Positions 13,578 to 26,983 of a DNA stretch of 64,000 bases are shown in pieces. Every line of letters begins with the position of its first letter. The stretch's first letter is position 1. The position numbers were made by a program, and so were the translations under genes. The stretch is from assembly GCA_051530055.1 (NCBI GenBank), contig CM121343.1, forward strand, positions 714,389 through 778,388, in the 5' to 3' direction. Under the pieces are notes generated by a model. That model saw only the letters and a list, made by a program, of their open reading frames with translations, made no database searches and was not told the origin of the DNA. This DNA is from Neoechinorhynchus agilis (Eukaryota > Animalia > Acanthocephala).

Positions 13578-15399
13578 TCATTCGGAATTCGAGAGGCGAG
13601 AAGGAGAATTTGATCTCGTTGTATGTTTGGCTGGTCTTGAACCAGGCTGCAGAAAAGTCGATCTTCCAGAATTGACAAAGGTTGGATAGATATTAACAAC
13701 ATTTGCGCCATCTCGGACTACATCTATAGTCGCATTAGCGTGTGCTACATGTATTAATAGTCTTGATTTTCTTTTAAAGATGCATAGTGTGTATAATGCC
13801 ATTTCGAATTCAGGACTCGTTCCAATGAAGATACTCCCAGTGTGTTTCACGCTTCGTAAGCTTGGATCCGCCCATTTAAAGTCGACACTGATTAAATTGT
13901 GCGTACTCTGATACCTCTAAAGAAATCGAGGATTAACGTTTTGGTTTGAACATTTTGAATACAAACGCTGCCGTCATCTTTAATTTTATGAAAATTGATT
14001 ATTCCTTCCAGTTCGAACAGGTAATATTGAAGCCAGAAATGGAAGTCGGTATGTACGCCTTGTTTGGTTTTTCCTACAAATAATCTTTCAAAAAGAGTTG
14101 CTCTGACCTTCCTACGCTTTTCTGTTGAAATTAGTGAAAATTTGACGTTTTGACTGACCTTTGGTCTTGTGAATAGTTCGTCGGTGTGAACCATAATTTA
14201 TAGAGCATGTGAATAAAATCATGCCTACTAGAGGAAACTTTGTTCTTAGTCACGAGGTACTGATGTAATTTTTGCATTAATGGAGTGGCATAACACGATT
14301 GGATGAATTTTAATTCCGCTGCTTGCCATTCTTTTCCTATCCGAGATGATTCTGACTTGTTTAATAGACCATCGTTTTCGTACATCATTATCAAACGCAT
14401 TATACCTCAAATGGAATTATTTAAATTTCGTGTAAAACCAAAACTTACGTCTGTAAGAAGTCACTTTAAGCAAAAGATCTTCATTTACGAACGCGAAAAG
14501 GGTCGGCGGCGGAATGTCATGCCATGTTTTACGTGCCGCTACATCCATGAAGCTCAATTGTTCGCTTTTTTAAGTCTCTTACCTTGAAGATCTATCGCAT
14601 AATCCCAATACGCTCGAGGTCTATGTCTATCGAGCTTCCATAAGGTTCTAACAAATTCTGAAGTTTCAGCATCAAATTCGGAGCTTTTTCCGAAGAATGA
14701 GATCACATAAAGAAATCCAATTCGAATTACCTTAATAATCTGCTCCCGTCGTTTTTCGGATTGATTCGTTGGTTGTTTAAAGGTGGTGCTTGGTAAGTGT
14801 TCATCTTTCTTTAAATAAACTTTAACGGTCCCTTTTAGTTTCGAATCTTTGGGGCAGCTACAAAAACCCAAGGAATCTACGATGATAGGAAACATGCGGT
14901 CGAAACGTGAGTTTTGACACCATCTATTAGACAAGAAAGTGCTTTGATGTCTCTTGGGTGTTTCTACTCCCGAGTGTGAGACCGTGCAGTTACATTCCCT
15001 CGTATGAGAACGAGAAAAGGAACTGTCTTCAAGTGTCGAAAAATCTGGTACCTGTCCCGCAGGTGAAAATGCTGGCACTATTTTCTCTCTTTCGGTCATG
15101 ACATTATCCGAGCTGTTTTTTAAGTTGTAGTTGGCCAAACTAAAAATCCATTAGGCATCACTTGGAATATATGTAGAAAATAACATCGCACTCTAATGGC
15201 ATTTGGTGCTGCACGCTCGAGATGCCTGATGGTGAACTTTGACCCAGAAACGAAAACTGAAATTTGAAAAACCAAAAACAATTAGTTGTAGTGTTCAAAC
15301 AGTCTCAGATCAGCAATTGAACAATCAATCACTTGCCATTCATTTAGGTATATTGAATCGCAAAAAAAACACTTACAATGGACTGTTTGTCGCGTTCAT
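13578..15399 (-). CDS. ENDOU: EndoU/XendoU-family poly(U)-specific endoribonuclease-like protein, multi-exon, with an N-terminal extension; start codon uncertain
   Basis: Motifs LWKLDRHR...DYAIDLQG, LYKLWF, FERLFVGK...FHFWLQYYLFE and DFKW...KHTGSIFIGTSPEFEMALYTLC. An in-frame splice joins the donor at 15376 to the acceptor at 15140. Confidence 0.85.
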
Positions 15400-16049
15400 T
15401 GTCCCATTCAATTCACTTTCAGTTTGGAAAAAAAACGTAGATGGACAAAACTTTAAATGCCGCCAAAATGGTTCACTTTTCGACTTGATATTTGAATCCA
15501 GATTTTCCCATGCCACATGGATCGCCCAATAAGCACGTCCATTAAGACTAAGCGGCACGTAAGTAATCGTTAAGTTAGACGGCGCGCAATTGATGAGCGA
15601 TGTTTGAGGCCGTTCACAAAATCAGCATCGTTCATCATTATCTCAGAAGCCTGAACAGGAATATCGGTTTTTCATCACGTACATAGTTGCGCCACTCTTA
15701 ATCTTTATGTATAAAAAGACATGTTGATTGCTTCACTCACATCCACACAATACTCCAAAATGAGACGGCGATAGGGAAAACGGCCGTTTTTAATTGTTAA
15801 CTTTTAAAGATAGAATGAGCCGACAACAGGAAGTATAGATTGCTTCAAGCACGCCAACCAGAATTAGGCTTTTTGTATGCTGATATATTACTCCGACTAC
15901 TTTTAATATTGAAGTTCAAATTATACACGCATTTGGAACCTCATTTAATCTCTTACGCTATCGGCCTACAATTTGCTTCCTGTACAGGCAAACAATCTAA
16001 CGAGTAAGTCAATGCTTCATGAACATTTGTATGAACGCTTCTTGGTTAC

Positions 16050-16370
16050 TAAAATCGCGGATTTTTGCCACTATTGATTGAGATCTTCAAATCTCATTAA
16101 ACTACGGGCACACGCCAAAATGATCAAAAGAAAATCGTTCGGGAGGATGGAGTTTGCGGTGTGGTGGTCATAATCCCCAGAATCAGCGAGTACGAGCGGA
16201 AATCCGGTCCCCGAATCTCGGGAACGGTGATCCCGAGCAACACAATAAAAAACCTTATTCGATACTAAAATAGCGGATTTTTATCATTATTGATTGAGAT
16301 TTTCAAGTCGCATGAAACCACGGGCAAACTCATAATTATCAAGAGAAAATCCTTCGGGAGGGTAGAATGG
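16050..16370. repeat. Diverged direct duplication of ~100 bp, period ~216 bp
   Basis: aaaatcgcggattttt...attgattgagat...acgggca...gaaaatcgttcgggagg recurs as aaaatagcggattttt...attgattgagat...acgggca...gaaaatccttcgggagg. Confidence 0.7.
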
Positions 16371-16433
16371 ATAAAACATATTTTACTGCAATGTTGATTT
16401 ATGAAGTACCGGGGTATTTGACTAGGATTATTG

Positions 16434-16511
16434 TTTAGAAGTCTTTACCCGGTTAATAATTTTTTACTAAAGACGTTTCGAACCTCGTCGGGTTCATCAT
16501 CAGTTCTGAAA
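16434..16511 (-). ncRNA. Minimal hammerhead-ribozyme-like element (Penelope pLTR remnant), copy 2, best-preserved core
   Basis: The minus strand reads TTCAGAA CTGATGA T GAACC CGACGA GGTTC GAAAC GTC: CUGAUGA core, 5-bp stem II closed by G-C, GAAA, palindromic ACGU in place of stem III, and a GUC cleavage triplet. Confidence 0.65.
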
Positions 16512-16545
16512 TACAAGTGGTTAAGTAATCCTCATTTATTAAAAT

Positions 16546-17030
16546 TTACAAGTTTTGGAAGATAATGTTCTGTGTAGCAGCGGTTTTCCTCACGCTGGCA
16601 GCATTGCCTCGTTGTACTGCGAGGGAGATGTTTTGTTTAAGGAATGCTGTTACACGCGGGTCCTTTTTCATCGCCACCGCCCTCTTTGTTATATCTGAAA
16701 ACCAGCTGAAATGCGGATTCTCCGAGGGCCCCGAACGTTTCGATCCCGAAAGGCACAAAATGGAAGCTCTCCATCAGCTCAGCGTATTTTGCCGGTTTCC
16801 GACGCTCCGCTGCGGTCGCTACAGCACCGGGGCTTTTACTGGCTATATCAGCGAAGGACTTGGCCATGGTGAGGTTGTATTCCATAAGAGGCACTTCCCT
16901 CGGCTCCAAGGGAAGGCTGACACACCATCTAGGCGCTTACCATCAGACCTGCACGGATTGCTCGGCTCCAAGATGTTTGGAATGTTGATGGAAGTCAATG
17001 CTCTACTCAGGATGCTCTAATACGCGTTTA
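16546..17030 (-). mobile_element. CRE-clade non-LTR retrotransposon 3' fragment (restriction-like endonuclease domain)
   Basis: Translates to PGAVATAAERRKPAKYAELMESFHFVPFGIETFGALG...ISLAVQRGNAASV, preceded by a KRxDGV...PWSRGK-like motif; frameshifted. Confidence 0.82.
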
Positions 17031-18466
17031 TGGCTTATTGCGATATTTCAAAAAAAGAAACCTCATTAGTCATCTAAAAGGTTTTTGATGTCTTAGATTA
17101 TTATCTTCGGGGAAAAAGATACTTTCTAGTTTTGCCAACTACCAAAAGAAAGGAAAAGGTTTTTGTTTATTTTATATTTGAAGATTGAATTGTTCATGTT
17201 TGTTTATGGCGTAAAAATTGAAACAATTTATTAAATCCGATATTTTGGCCCAATATTTTGAAGGTTAGTGAATTGTTTTGATCTAAGAGAGAAAATTAGA
17301 CAGCTATTTTTCGCAGAGTTGGTTAGCGAAAATCGATTTTATAATGTGTGACTCGCGAATGCAGGATCGCGATTCCCAAGGTTCGATGACTGACGTATTT
17401 ACACGAAATCGACCAGGGTGATTTTTTTTATCAGCCATACAATACTTTGGTCCTAATCGTAGAACATTACAATGAATTTTGAATATTGGTGAACATTATT
17501 ATTAAGAAATATTTCAAGGAAACCTCGTTTTATCTGGGTCATTGTTTGCCAGTGACGAAATATTTCATAACAATAAAGGAATCTTTCTTCACCACCGCCA
17601 TTCAATATTCACCATCTCGAAGGATCTTCTTGATATGATTACAATGAATATTAAGAAGGCATTAATGTTTCAGACACTTTGACTTGATCATCTAGATAAA
17701 ATCCTTTGGTGTGATAGAGTTGGAGATATGGTGACCGTTATTCCCAATGACCTCATTGATTTTTAACACGTCGTTGACCGATGTTCCTTCGTGAGATATT
17801 TTCTATTCGGAATCTTTATCGAAATCCGGCATTATTCACTAAAATCGATAGGTTCCGTTAAGAGTTTGCTTTGGAATCATCCACGGAAGAATCTACCCGC
17901 GCAACATTTTCAGGATAAAGATACATGTTAAAAAATCATCCCAGGGAAGGTATGGTAGCATCGAATTATACTATGAAGTTCAAAGATTTGATAGTATGTT
18001 TTAAGGTGTTTTCATTTTAATGCCTTATTTTCGCCTCTGAATCCAAAAGGTATTTGTCACTTTTTTTCCAAAATTTTTCATATCAGTATTTGACCTTGAG
18101 TGCTTTTCTTACGCTCCATCAATTAGTTTCCTTTTGACTTTTTTCCGAATAATCACCACTTGGGCTCACTCGGTCTAAAATGCGATTACAAAAATGGAGC
18201 TCTAAAGGAACTAAAGTATGGAGAGGAAACCATTATCCTAAAAATGGTGTGACGTCTTTACTTTTAGCCTATAAGACTCCCTTTTTATGACATGCATTAG
18301 AAAGTCGATCCGGGGGGTTAAATTCAGACTTTTTTTTAAAAGCTATACCTGTTGCGTTCTTGAATTTTCTCAATTCGTTCAAATGCGGAGTTTGGGTGCT
18401 GAATCATAATCTCTAAGTCTAATATTAGTTTCTTTTCCTATAGGTCCCCCTGAGCGGACAAGAGAA

Positions 18467-21400
18467 ATGCTCGCTAGTTTGTTGTTAATTGTTGCTATTG
18501 GTGGTGGTGGTTTCAGTTCTACTACCACTACTACTACTGGTGGTGATGATGATGATGACCCCTATACAGCGCCACGAATGTCCATTGCGACCTCAGCGGC
18601 GACGGTGATCCCCATTGGTGATAATAGAACCAGAATCAATCAATTACAGTTTGAGCAAATCGTAAGGGCAGTTGAAAGCAATGGAGACGACGAATCATCG
18701 TGCGCATATAATATTCCTGATTCTCCATTTGATGTTCTGCCTCAAATACTTGGAATTGGCATTGGATTTGAGTTTATCCGATTAGCACGGGATGCGTACA
18801 GATTTGAGTTAGTTGCCGCCGGAATCGTTGCACCGATCATCGAAGATTTGGCACTTGAACGCATCAGTACTGATCAGTTAACCCAAAGATCCGAATTGTT
18901 TAAAAAAATGTTCACAATACTTAAAAGTGGGCTCCTTGATAACTTCAAAACAATAATGTCAGCTTATGTTTGCATACATAAGGAAGATGTTCATCAATTT
19001 GCATTTTGCGATGGAGCGACTCGTCACGGGAAGATATCTACCGATGCGAATTTCGATATTCTTTACCGGTTCCGTGTAATGGATGCTCTTTATTTTATAA
19101 ACGAACAGAAACTCGAGGAAAAACGATCATCGGGCAGAAAAAACGGAGATGCGGGTTGGTGGTTTGGCCCCACTTTCTGTAAATCTGATCGATACAAAAT
19201 GGTTTTTGCTCTCCCATTGACTACAAGGTATAGAAAAAAATTCCGTTGCGATTTGCTTGTACTATTTCTAGTGGCACTTTAATCATTTCTTTTAATATTT
19301 CAATGGTTGACCTGAACCAATGTGATCCGAATCAACCTTTTGGTGTAACAAACAAATGTCCTATCGGCACAAAGGTCAGTGTCAATCATTTTCCGATAAA
19401 ACTAATTTGTTTTTCTTGTAAACCAAGTGTGTGACAGCAAATGGAAATGGATTTAAAATTGGATCTTACAATTGTGTTTGTTCCAGTCCTACTGGACACG
19501 AATTCTCATTTGACGGTAGAAATCTCGAAAAGTCGTATTTAAACCGGACATCAGATGGTGCATGGTGTCCATTTACATGCTTAAGCGGTTCTCAATGCTT
19601 TGTTCGACCCAACGGAGTATTGAGATTAGTCATCATATCTTTTCAAGCATTGTGTATTTGTCTCGTTGTTTTCGAGATGATTTTAGTTTTTAAAAAGCGC
19701 CATAACAAGGTTAGTAGGCTAACTAAATAATTGCATCGTTGAGCGATCGGTATACTAGGCGATGAAATTAGCCATGTGGACAATGAATGAAGCGTTATTA
19801 ATGGGTACAATATGTATATATTTATCGGTTAGTTCATGATTCACACAATCATTGATTTAATTGGAGAATTTCCATCGTTTGTGCGTGTATAGGTTATAGT
19901 AATGTGTTTGGACACGAACGTCGTGACATGCCTTGCTTATTCGTGGCTTAGAGAAGTTGGATTTATTACCGTATATGGCACACTTGTTCTTAGACTTTAC
20001 AAGTAAATTCCCAATTTTTTTAATTCCATCTCATATCCAAACAAAAAATCCGCGTTTTAGACTTTTAGCCGAGTTTCAGTCGCGAAAGGCACGCTCCGTG
20101 CAAATTAAAAACAAAGACATGATTAGATATCTATTTCTGATGATATTTACAACCGTCTTCTACTTGTTATCCTGGACTTTGGTTAACCTCGACCATGCCA
20201 ATGATCCCCATATCGCATTAAGCCTCTTATATTACGGACGTACAAAATCCGGATATGATTTTGTTTCTTGTCAACTGAGGTGGTGGGATTATCTGATAGA
20301 AATAGGCATGTTTCATTTATTTTTTACAATTGTTCAACAATACAATTTAGCTGAGTTCGCTTTTTTGTGCACCGCTCTCCGTTTGCTTTATTGTACAAAG
20401 ACGGCTCCACCTTCCGAATACAAAGAACGTAAATTCATTGCATTTGCAATTTATCTAGAGATCACAATAAGTACACTTTGTAATCTTACGAGGTAAGCTT
20501 TTTGCATCAATCTAAAAACTTTTCCCACCAATTCATCATTATGTCCATCAAATGACCAATTCAAATTATTTATGAACTTTTATGTTAAAATTGTGAAAAA
20601 ACTGAAATAGAACATTATCTACGTCCTGAGAATGCTTACTTAGGAAATGTGTGACTTTTAAAATGGAAGCGGCAAATCTCATAATGTCTTTACGTTAAAG
20701 GTCATGATAGTTTTCGTAAATTAGAGATTAATTTATTGATTACCCTTTTGCACACAAAATTTCGTCAGACTTCTTCAAGTTGTTTATATGCTCTATTATA
20801 CTCAAATGCGAATAAAACACTTAGACAATCTGAAGAAGTCCGAAGAGGCGAACGAAATATTGTGTGAAAAAGGGAATCAATACATTAAGTTACTATGTCA
20901 CCAAACAAAAAAATACATGATAGTTTATAGCCCTAAATTATACTTTTCATTCCTACTTTACCGATTTATTGGGTTGTTAAGCTTGCAGACAATCCGAGAG
21001 TGTCTAAATATCGGGTTTAATAAAATTGCTTTGATTTTTTCCGCCATAAACAAACATGAATAATTCAATTTCTTCTAAGTTGGTCTATTGACGGAATGAA
21101 CGAGCCCTCTCTCTCTTTTACTTGATTCGAGCACCTCGATGTTTTTATAAAGGCTTGGGATATGGAAAACTGTTCATCCCAACGCGTTGCTTGTTATTTA
21201 CTTCTTCCGATCACATTTCACAATCACAACTGCGATTGTCTTCAACATGTATCGACGAGTATGTTCATTTCGTTATTAATGCACAGCTACTGTAGAAATC
21301 TAATACAGATTTTATGCTCACTGTGCTTTGGCGATAAGTCACGAGACGATCAACGTTTCAAATCTATTCAGGATACTAGCGGAGAGGCAGATTTTTCCGG

Positions 21401-21758
21401 GTTTAAAATGTGCAACAATGGCGATGTATCAAGTATAGCAGAAATGGATCCAGAAACAATCAAAGTAATTTTTTTGTTTATTTCGCCGTTTTACTTTAAG
21501 ATTTTTAAGACTGAACTAAAAAGACTCTACAGTCAACTCCACCATTTAAAAACCGAGCAAATGAAACGATACAATCCACACTTAGTTCGAAAATCAAATC
21601 GAAAACGAAATCGGCGAATATCTGTTCAAGCGTTAAAACATAGAGCGAATACAATCGCAGCTACTCAAGAAACTCCTGAAAACGAAATTAGTGTGCAAAA
21701 AACTCCCAGAGACAGCGTGGCCAGTATTTTGAATGCAGAGAAAGGTGAAATGGCTTAA
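18467..21758 (+). CDS. GPR158: GPR158/GPR179-like class C orphan GPCR, multi-exon
   Basis: Signal peptide; ectodomain WWFGPTFC and VDLNQC...TNKCP...GFKIGSYNCVC; 7TM segments WLREVGFITVYGTLVLRLY, CQLRWWDYLIEI, EYKERKFIAFAIYLE and YFFRSHFTITT; cytoplasmic ELKRLYSQL...NPHL hallmark. Confidence 0.88.
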
Positions 21759-21994
21759 AAGATAATGCTAAAACTGGAGGACTCGACGTTCATGTACAAT
21801 TATGAACATCATTGATTACAAAGCTGAGATTTGCAAAATATTGTATAAAGTAATTGTGTTCGTTTTTTTGTAACTGGCGGACTTTTCAAGCAGATATTTT
21901 TAATAGTTCCATTCGTTATTTTTCATTTTAGTTGACTAAATCCATCATCGTCGTTGGGAAACCTGGATGATCTTGTGGCGGTGTGGGCTCGAAG

Positions 21995-24900
21995 GCTAAT
22001 AATAACACGTTTTATTTGTTGATTCGCAAAGAAGAGGGCCCATGTACCTTTGGGTCCTCATAAACACTCGAGTTCTGATTGGAAATGAAACTGGCATTTG
22101 ATTTTGGATTGGATTACGAGTCCGGGTGGGTGGCAATATCCGGTCGGGTTGGAAGGTCCGTTCTGGTGGTAATTGGTGTTTATTGCTTGCAGAAGCGCTT
22201 ATAAGGTTGGTCTTTCCTCTAGTTCATTTCAGGTTATGATATCCAAGAAGAGGTGCGAGGTATAGGAGGGTGAAACGAATTAGGATTTCGAGTGTTGTGC
22301 TCGTGTGAAAAAGCAGCGATATGTGGAAAAAATTGTGCTTGTAGGGTTGATATGCGTTTTGATTGTTGTATGAAAATAAAATCAAGGCATTCGGTGAGAG
22401 GGGGAAAGTCAGCTGTACCAATTTTAGATGCTCTTTTATGAAGAATTTCAAGACGGCGGATTAGAGATTTGGAAAGGTTGCAAAATACGGGATAACCGTA
22501 GGTGAGGGAGGGTAAGATAAAGCGGAAGTAAAATTTGTAGAGATTTAGTGAAGGGATTCCTAAATGTCGGAGGCATTTGAGGAGATAAATTTTAAAGGCG
22601 TTGTGCTTGAAGGAGAGAGTGATGTGCGAGTCCCATTTCAAATTTGATTGAAATTGGATACCCAGAATTCTTAGGGAGGTTACCCGTAAGATGTCATTTA
22701 GAAGATGGGGGTACTTTATTTGTATTCGGGAGATTGAGGGAATCATTTCGAAGTATTTAGATAAATTGAGATTGAGTTTATGATTAGCGCAGAAATCTTT
22801 TATGCATGATATTTCTTTAGAGGTTAAGGAAAAGGAGAGGTTGGGTGGTGAGTGGGTGATATCGTCGGCGTATAAGAAGAGCTCAGAGTGAGCGGAGATA
22901 GGTTTGACGTTGTTTAGAAAAATATTAAAGAGAAGTGGTGACAGCACAGCGCCTTTGGTGATGGATAGGCTGATAGAAGAGGTAGAACGGCAGTGAATGT
23001 ATTGTTTACTATTGTGAAGGTAAGATTCGAGCCAGCGGATCTGCCACAAGTGGATACCAAAATTGGAGCAGGCCCGGAGGAGTGAACTGTCCACTGAGTC
23101 GAAAGCTTTAGATAAATCAAGATGAATGAGACTGGTGACGTGGGAGGGATTGTTGTCGAGGTTACGTAGGAGTGTGTCATAAATGCAAAGTAGGGTATCG
23201 GCTGCAGAAAATCTGGGCCGGAAGCAAAATTGTAGGGGCGATAACTTTTCGTTGAGAAGTGAAAGAAGGCGAGGTTTAAAACATTTTTTCGGTGACTTTT
23301 GAAAGAGCGGGTAGAATGGAAATTGGACGGAACGATTCGGCCGAAATAGGATGTCATCTTTTCGAACAAGGATAACTTTAGCAGTTTTCAGGCAAGAGGG
23401 GCAGATGTCGTATAAAGAGCTGAGGTTTATAATGTGGGTAAGAGATCGATGAGTTCGGGATGATGTAGCGAAGAGCCTAGTTTGGGATTTCCGATTGTAA
23501 GGATGAATTTTTTGGTAATTTCTTGAGATACTGCAATACTTCATATAATGATACTAAGGGAAATATCGGTGATTTGACAAAAGTTTCAGGTGTGGGCGTG
23601 AAAGATTGTGTGAAGACTGATGTTAAACAGTGATTGTAAAATGAGTCAGGGCAGAGGTTCTAATTAATGGAATCTAGAATCTGTTTTAATTAAGTGGAGG
23701 ACAAATTAGTGAAGGGGTCCGGGTGGCGTAGACCAACAGAGTCCTTGACGGCCTACCACTATGTTGAGTTGCCACCTGATCGAATTTTAGAGGAAAGGAA
23801 GTTTTTGCTGGCGATAAGATTTTTGTTAGTACCTTTTGTAAACGGGGAGAGTCTAGGGAGTTATTGCGATGGGCCTTCGAAGCTTGCCTTTGTATAGGTT
23901 TCCGAATGGGAATTGTCCATGGAGGGTCGCGGTTGGAGATCCTAATGAATTTCTTGGGAATTGCCGAAGCTAGGGATTTTTTTATGATTGCAGTTATCGA
24001 GGAAATGGCCAAGGAAGGGTCATTTGTGTTGTCAGAGTGGGATGTGCGGATGTTAGAATTGAACAATATAAAATTTTTGATGTGATGATCACGTTTATCC
24101 CAGACGGGTAAACGGGGAGATTTCATACGCTGAGGTGCGGTGGATGGAGTGATAAGGGCAGAGGAATGGCTAGAGTTCGCGGGGGGAGGGAGTTTTGAGG
24201 CGGATGAGTAGGCTTCGATATTTGTGAACACTTTGTCGAGGTGAGGGTCAAGACGAGTTGGGAAGTCAATAAGTCGACGCAACTTCGTGAAGGGTAGAAG
24301 AAGAAATATATTATTGAAGCCCCTGCAATTAAGAAATGGTGTGAATTTGTGGAGTTTATGAGCTCCATCATAGACTCAATTTGAAGCAAGGACTCAGGAC
24401 GGGAGGCCGGAGGGCGATAGACGGCAGCAATGGTGAATTTTCTAAAGCCCTTTCTTAGAGGAGCTATAAAATGGACTGCGATGAATTCTAGACCTGGGTT
24501 CGGTGGAGAGCCCGTGAGAGATAAAGAGTATGGTAGCGATTGCCGTACGTAAATTGAGACCCCCCTCCTGGACGGTCCTCGCGATATGTATGGAAGGAAG
24601 AGTACCCGGGAAGGATGGCTGTATTGCTGTTGTACGGGGTAAGATGATTACGTCGACTTTTGAGGTAGATGAAATGAGTGAAATTTCCTCTAGTTTAGAA
24701 AGGCGGCTACGAGTATTGGAGTAGAAAACGGTGGGAAAGTTAATTTTTTGATTTCGGAAAACCGGATAGAAGAAGTGAGCGAGATTGGGGTTGCGTTGTT
24801 CATTGCGGGTGGTTGATTAAGGAAGGAAACGTTACGGGATGCCGACAAAGAACGATTGATTATCCCAAAGAGAGAAGTCCGGGCGACTCGAAAATTTGAG

Positions 24901-25830
24901 TTGGGTTGAGTAAATGGTAATGATAGATATGAGGTTAGGGTTGAGACTTTGTATTTGAGTAGGGGTAGAGAGATAATTATTTACTTTATTCGGGAAAAAG
25001 AGGGTATTTAATGTGGAAGGGCTGTGAGGAATTTGGAGGGGCGGTGGAAAGAAATCGTGATGAGTTCTTATGTGGATAGATACGGACAGAAAGTTGAGAA
25101 GAAAGGAGTTTGTATCTCCTGTAAAGAAAGAGGGAGGCTACGAGTGGTGAAATAAAAGTTATTTTGAGGAGACGTGGTCTCGGGTTAAAGGAATTTTTGG
25201 ATGGAATGCGCATAACTGCTAATGGGGAGGAATAGTAGAGTGAATGTCGGGAAAAAGGAGTTGACCGATTCGAAGGATTTGGTGGCGGTTGTGTGCATCA
25301 GCGGCGACAGGATCTGTAACAGGGGCTTCCGGCATACCAGAAATAAATATGGTGCGATTTCTATCATCGAGAGAGGAGTGCATGATGCGATGGGTCGAAT
25401 TCAGAGCGGCGAGGGATGATGGTCGGGGTGGAGAAGGCGTATCATTACAGAAATGAATGGGAGGGTTGATTGATTTTGATGGAGTTCCTCCTTTTGCTCT
25501 TGTTTCTACTCGTTCAGGTGTTACTTGCAACTTTTTTTGGAACAGTTGTGGACATTTGGGACAAGAGATCTTGGATGGGTTTTTTGGCAGCAACATTTTT
25601 TCATTTCGCTGGTTTTTTTGGTCCTGTTTTGTTCGATTCTTAATGTTTCAATTTTGTGTGCCAGTTTGGTCATTCTTTTTCCAGGGTGTTTCTGTCCAAT
25701 GTGATTTGTTCCCATTCTTTGATGTTGATTTGCCGTTATTTCTTTTATTTGATCATGATATCTCTTTTTGGTTGTCCTTTACGAGTATAGAAGTGTTGAG
25801 ATTACCACTGCTAGAAACACCATGAGTTTT
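21995..25830 (-). mobile_element. CR1-group (CR1/L2/Daphne-like) LINE, near full length (ORF1 + APE-RT ORF2), frameshifted
   Basis: ORF1 RTIFISGMPE; APE FTIAAVYRPP and HFLIAG; RT LIHLDLSKAFDSVD, GAVLSPLLFNIFLN and LFLYADDIT; RILGIQFQSNLKWDSHI; AATAAA near the 3' end. The exact clade was not resolved. Confidence 0.9.
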
Positions 25831-26231
25831 GAAGAAGATTGTATCTCTCATCTTGCGTGGTCGTCCGTCGTTATTTGTTTAAGGTGATTCCTAGACACTT
25901 CACAGTTAGCCTCCAAAGGTTTGAGACGTACGAGATTGAAACCAACCGTTGCATTTCGAGGGGCCGGATACGCCAGGTCCGCCTACAATCCTTCCAAACC
26001 TGCTCCACGTGTGTCAATTAGCCACAGGAATCACTGGAGCATTTGTACCGTTCAGTGTTTTTGCCCGTGTTCACCTCGGACTTCGTATCATTACGTGAGT
26101 ATAATGATGCCGGTTCAAATTGATTCCACAATGAAAAACATTCAATGAAAGTTCAATTGTTTCCGGGTATATTATTGACCGAATCTGGTTTTTTAAATTT
26201 AAGTAGCTAATAGAATTAGAATTATTGTTAT

Positions 26232-26320
26232 TTTAGAAGTCTTCACCCGCGGTAAATGATTTCTTTTCGATTAAAAAGGGTTCTGTGAACCTCGTCCTTG
26301 GGTTCATCATCACTTCTAAA
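26232..26320 (-). ncRNA. Hammerhead-like Penelope pLTR remnant, copy 3, core mutated (GTGATGA; GAAAC lost)
   Basis: TTTAGAA GTGATGATGAACCC...GAGGTTC...ATCATTTACCGCGGGTGAAGAC TTCTAAA; shares the ATCATTTACCGCGGGTG block with copy 1 and has ~20-bp inverted ends. Confidence 0.45.
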
Positions 26321-26983
26321 CAATAATTCCAATCACATCCCGCGGCACCTCCTCGCACATATCGATATTTCCAATAGAATTATTATGAACCTTTTAAAGC
26401 AAACTCGAGCTAAACAGTTCACGGGGTCCTGTTGGCGATTAAAATATCCAAAAACTGGTTCCAGTCAATAAGATACCGACCAACCGGTCAATCGTATTAG
26501 GATCAATGATTTTTATTGTGAAATGGCTTTCAATGCTTTAGGTAAGATCTTATCACAACTTCCGAACAAATATTAAAATGAGAACCTCCACTTCTTATTG
26601 ATCTACGGGAATAATAGCTATAAATATTATTGTGATACTATCTTAAAGTCCTAATGCACTCGAAACCATTTAACGAAGGCGATAAAGTACAAACCAAGAG
26701 ATCCAGACGATTTCATCGGCTACACATGAAGTCATAGGTTTTAAACTGATTGAACGATAGCTCAAAGCTTTAGATAAATTTTGGAAAATATTATACTTGG
26801 GCCACATCGCAGACGCATAATTTAACGTAAAATGCGCATAGAATTCGGAAGAAATGAATTCTGATTGGCTGCAGAAACCAAAAGGATTCCAGTTATAGAT
26901 GGCGGATTTCAAGGAAGGTAAGTGTATTTTTGGTTTATCGATATTGGATCAATCTATAAATAGCTGTATCAATACAAAATGGT

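Noticed and set aside
17310-17390. tRNA or tRNA-derived SINE head (AGTTGGTTAGCG ... GGTTCGAT)
   Set aside because: Only loose A- and B-box matches; no cloverleaf and no second copy in the window.
25880-26110. HDV-like ribozyme at the 5' end of the CR1-group LINE (GCTAA and CTCACGT motifs)
   Set aside because: I could not build consistent P1, P2 and P3 pairings on either strand by hand.
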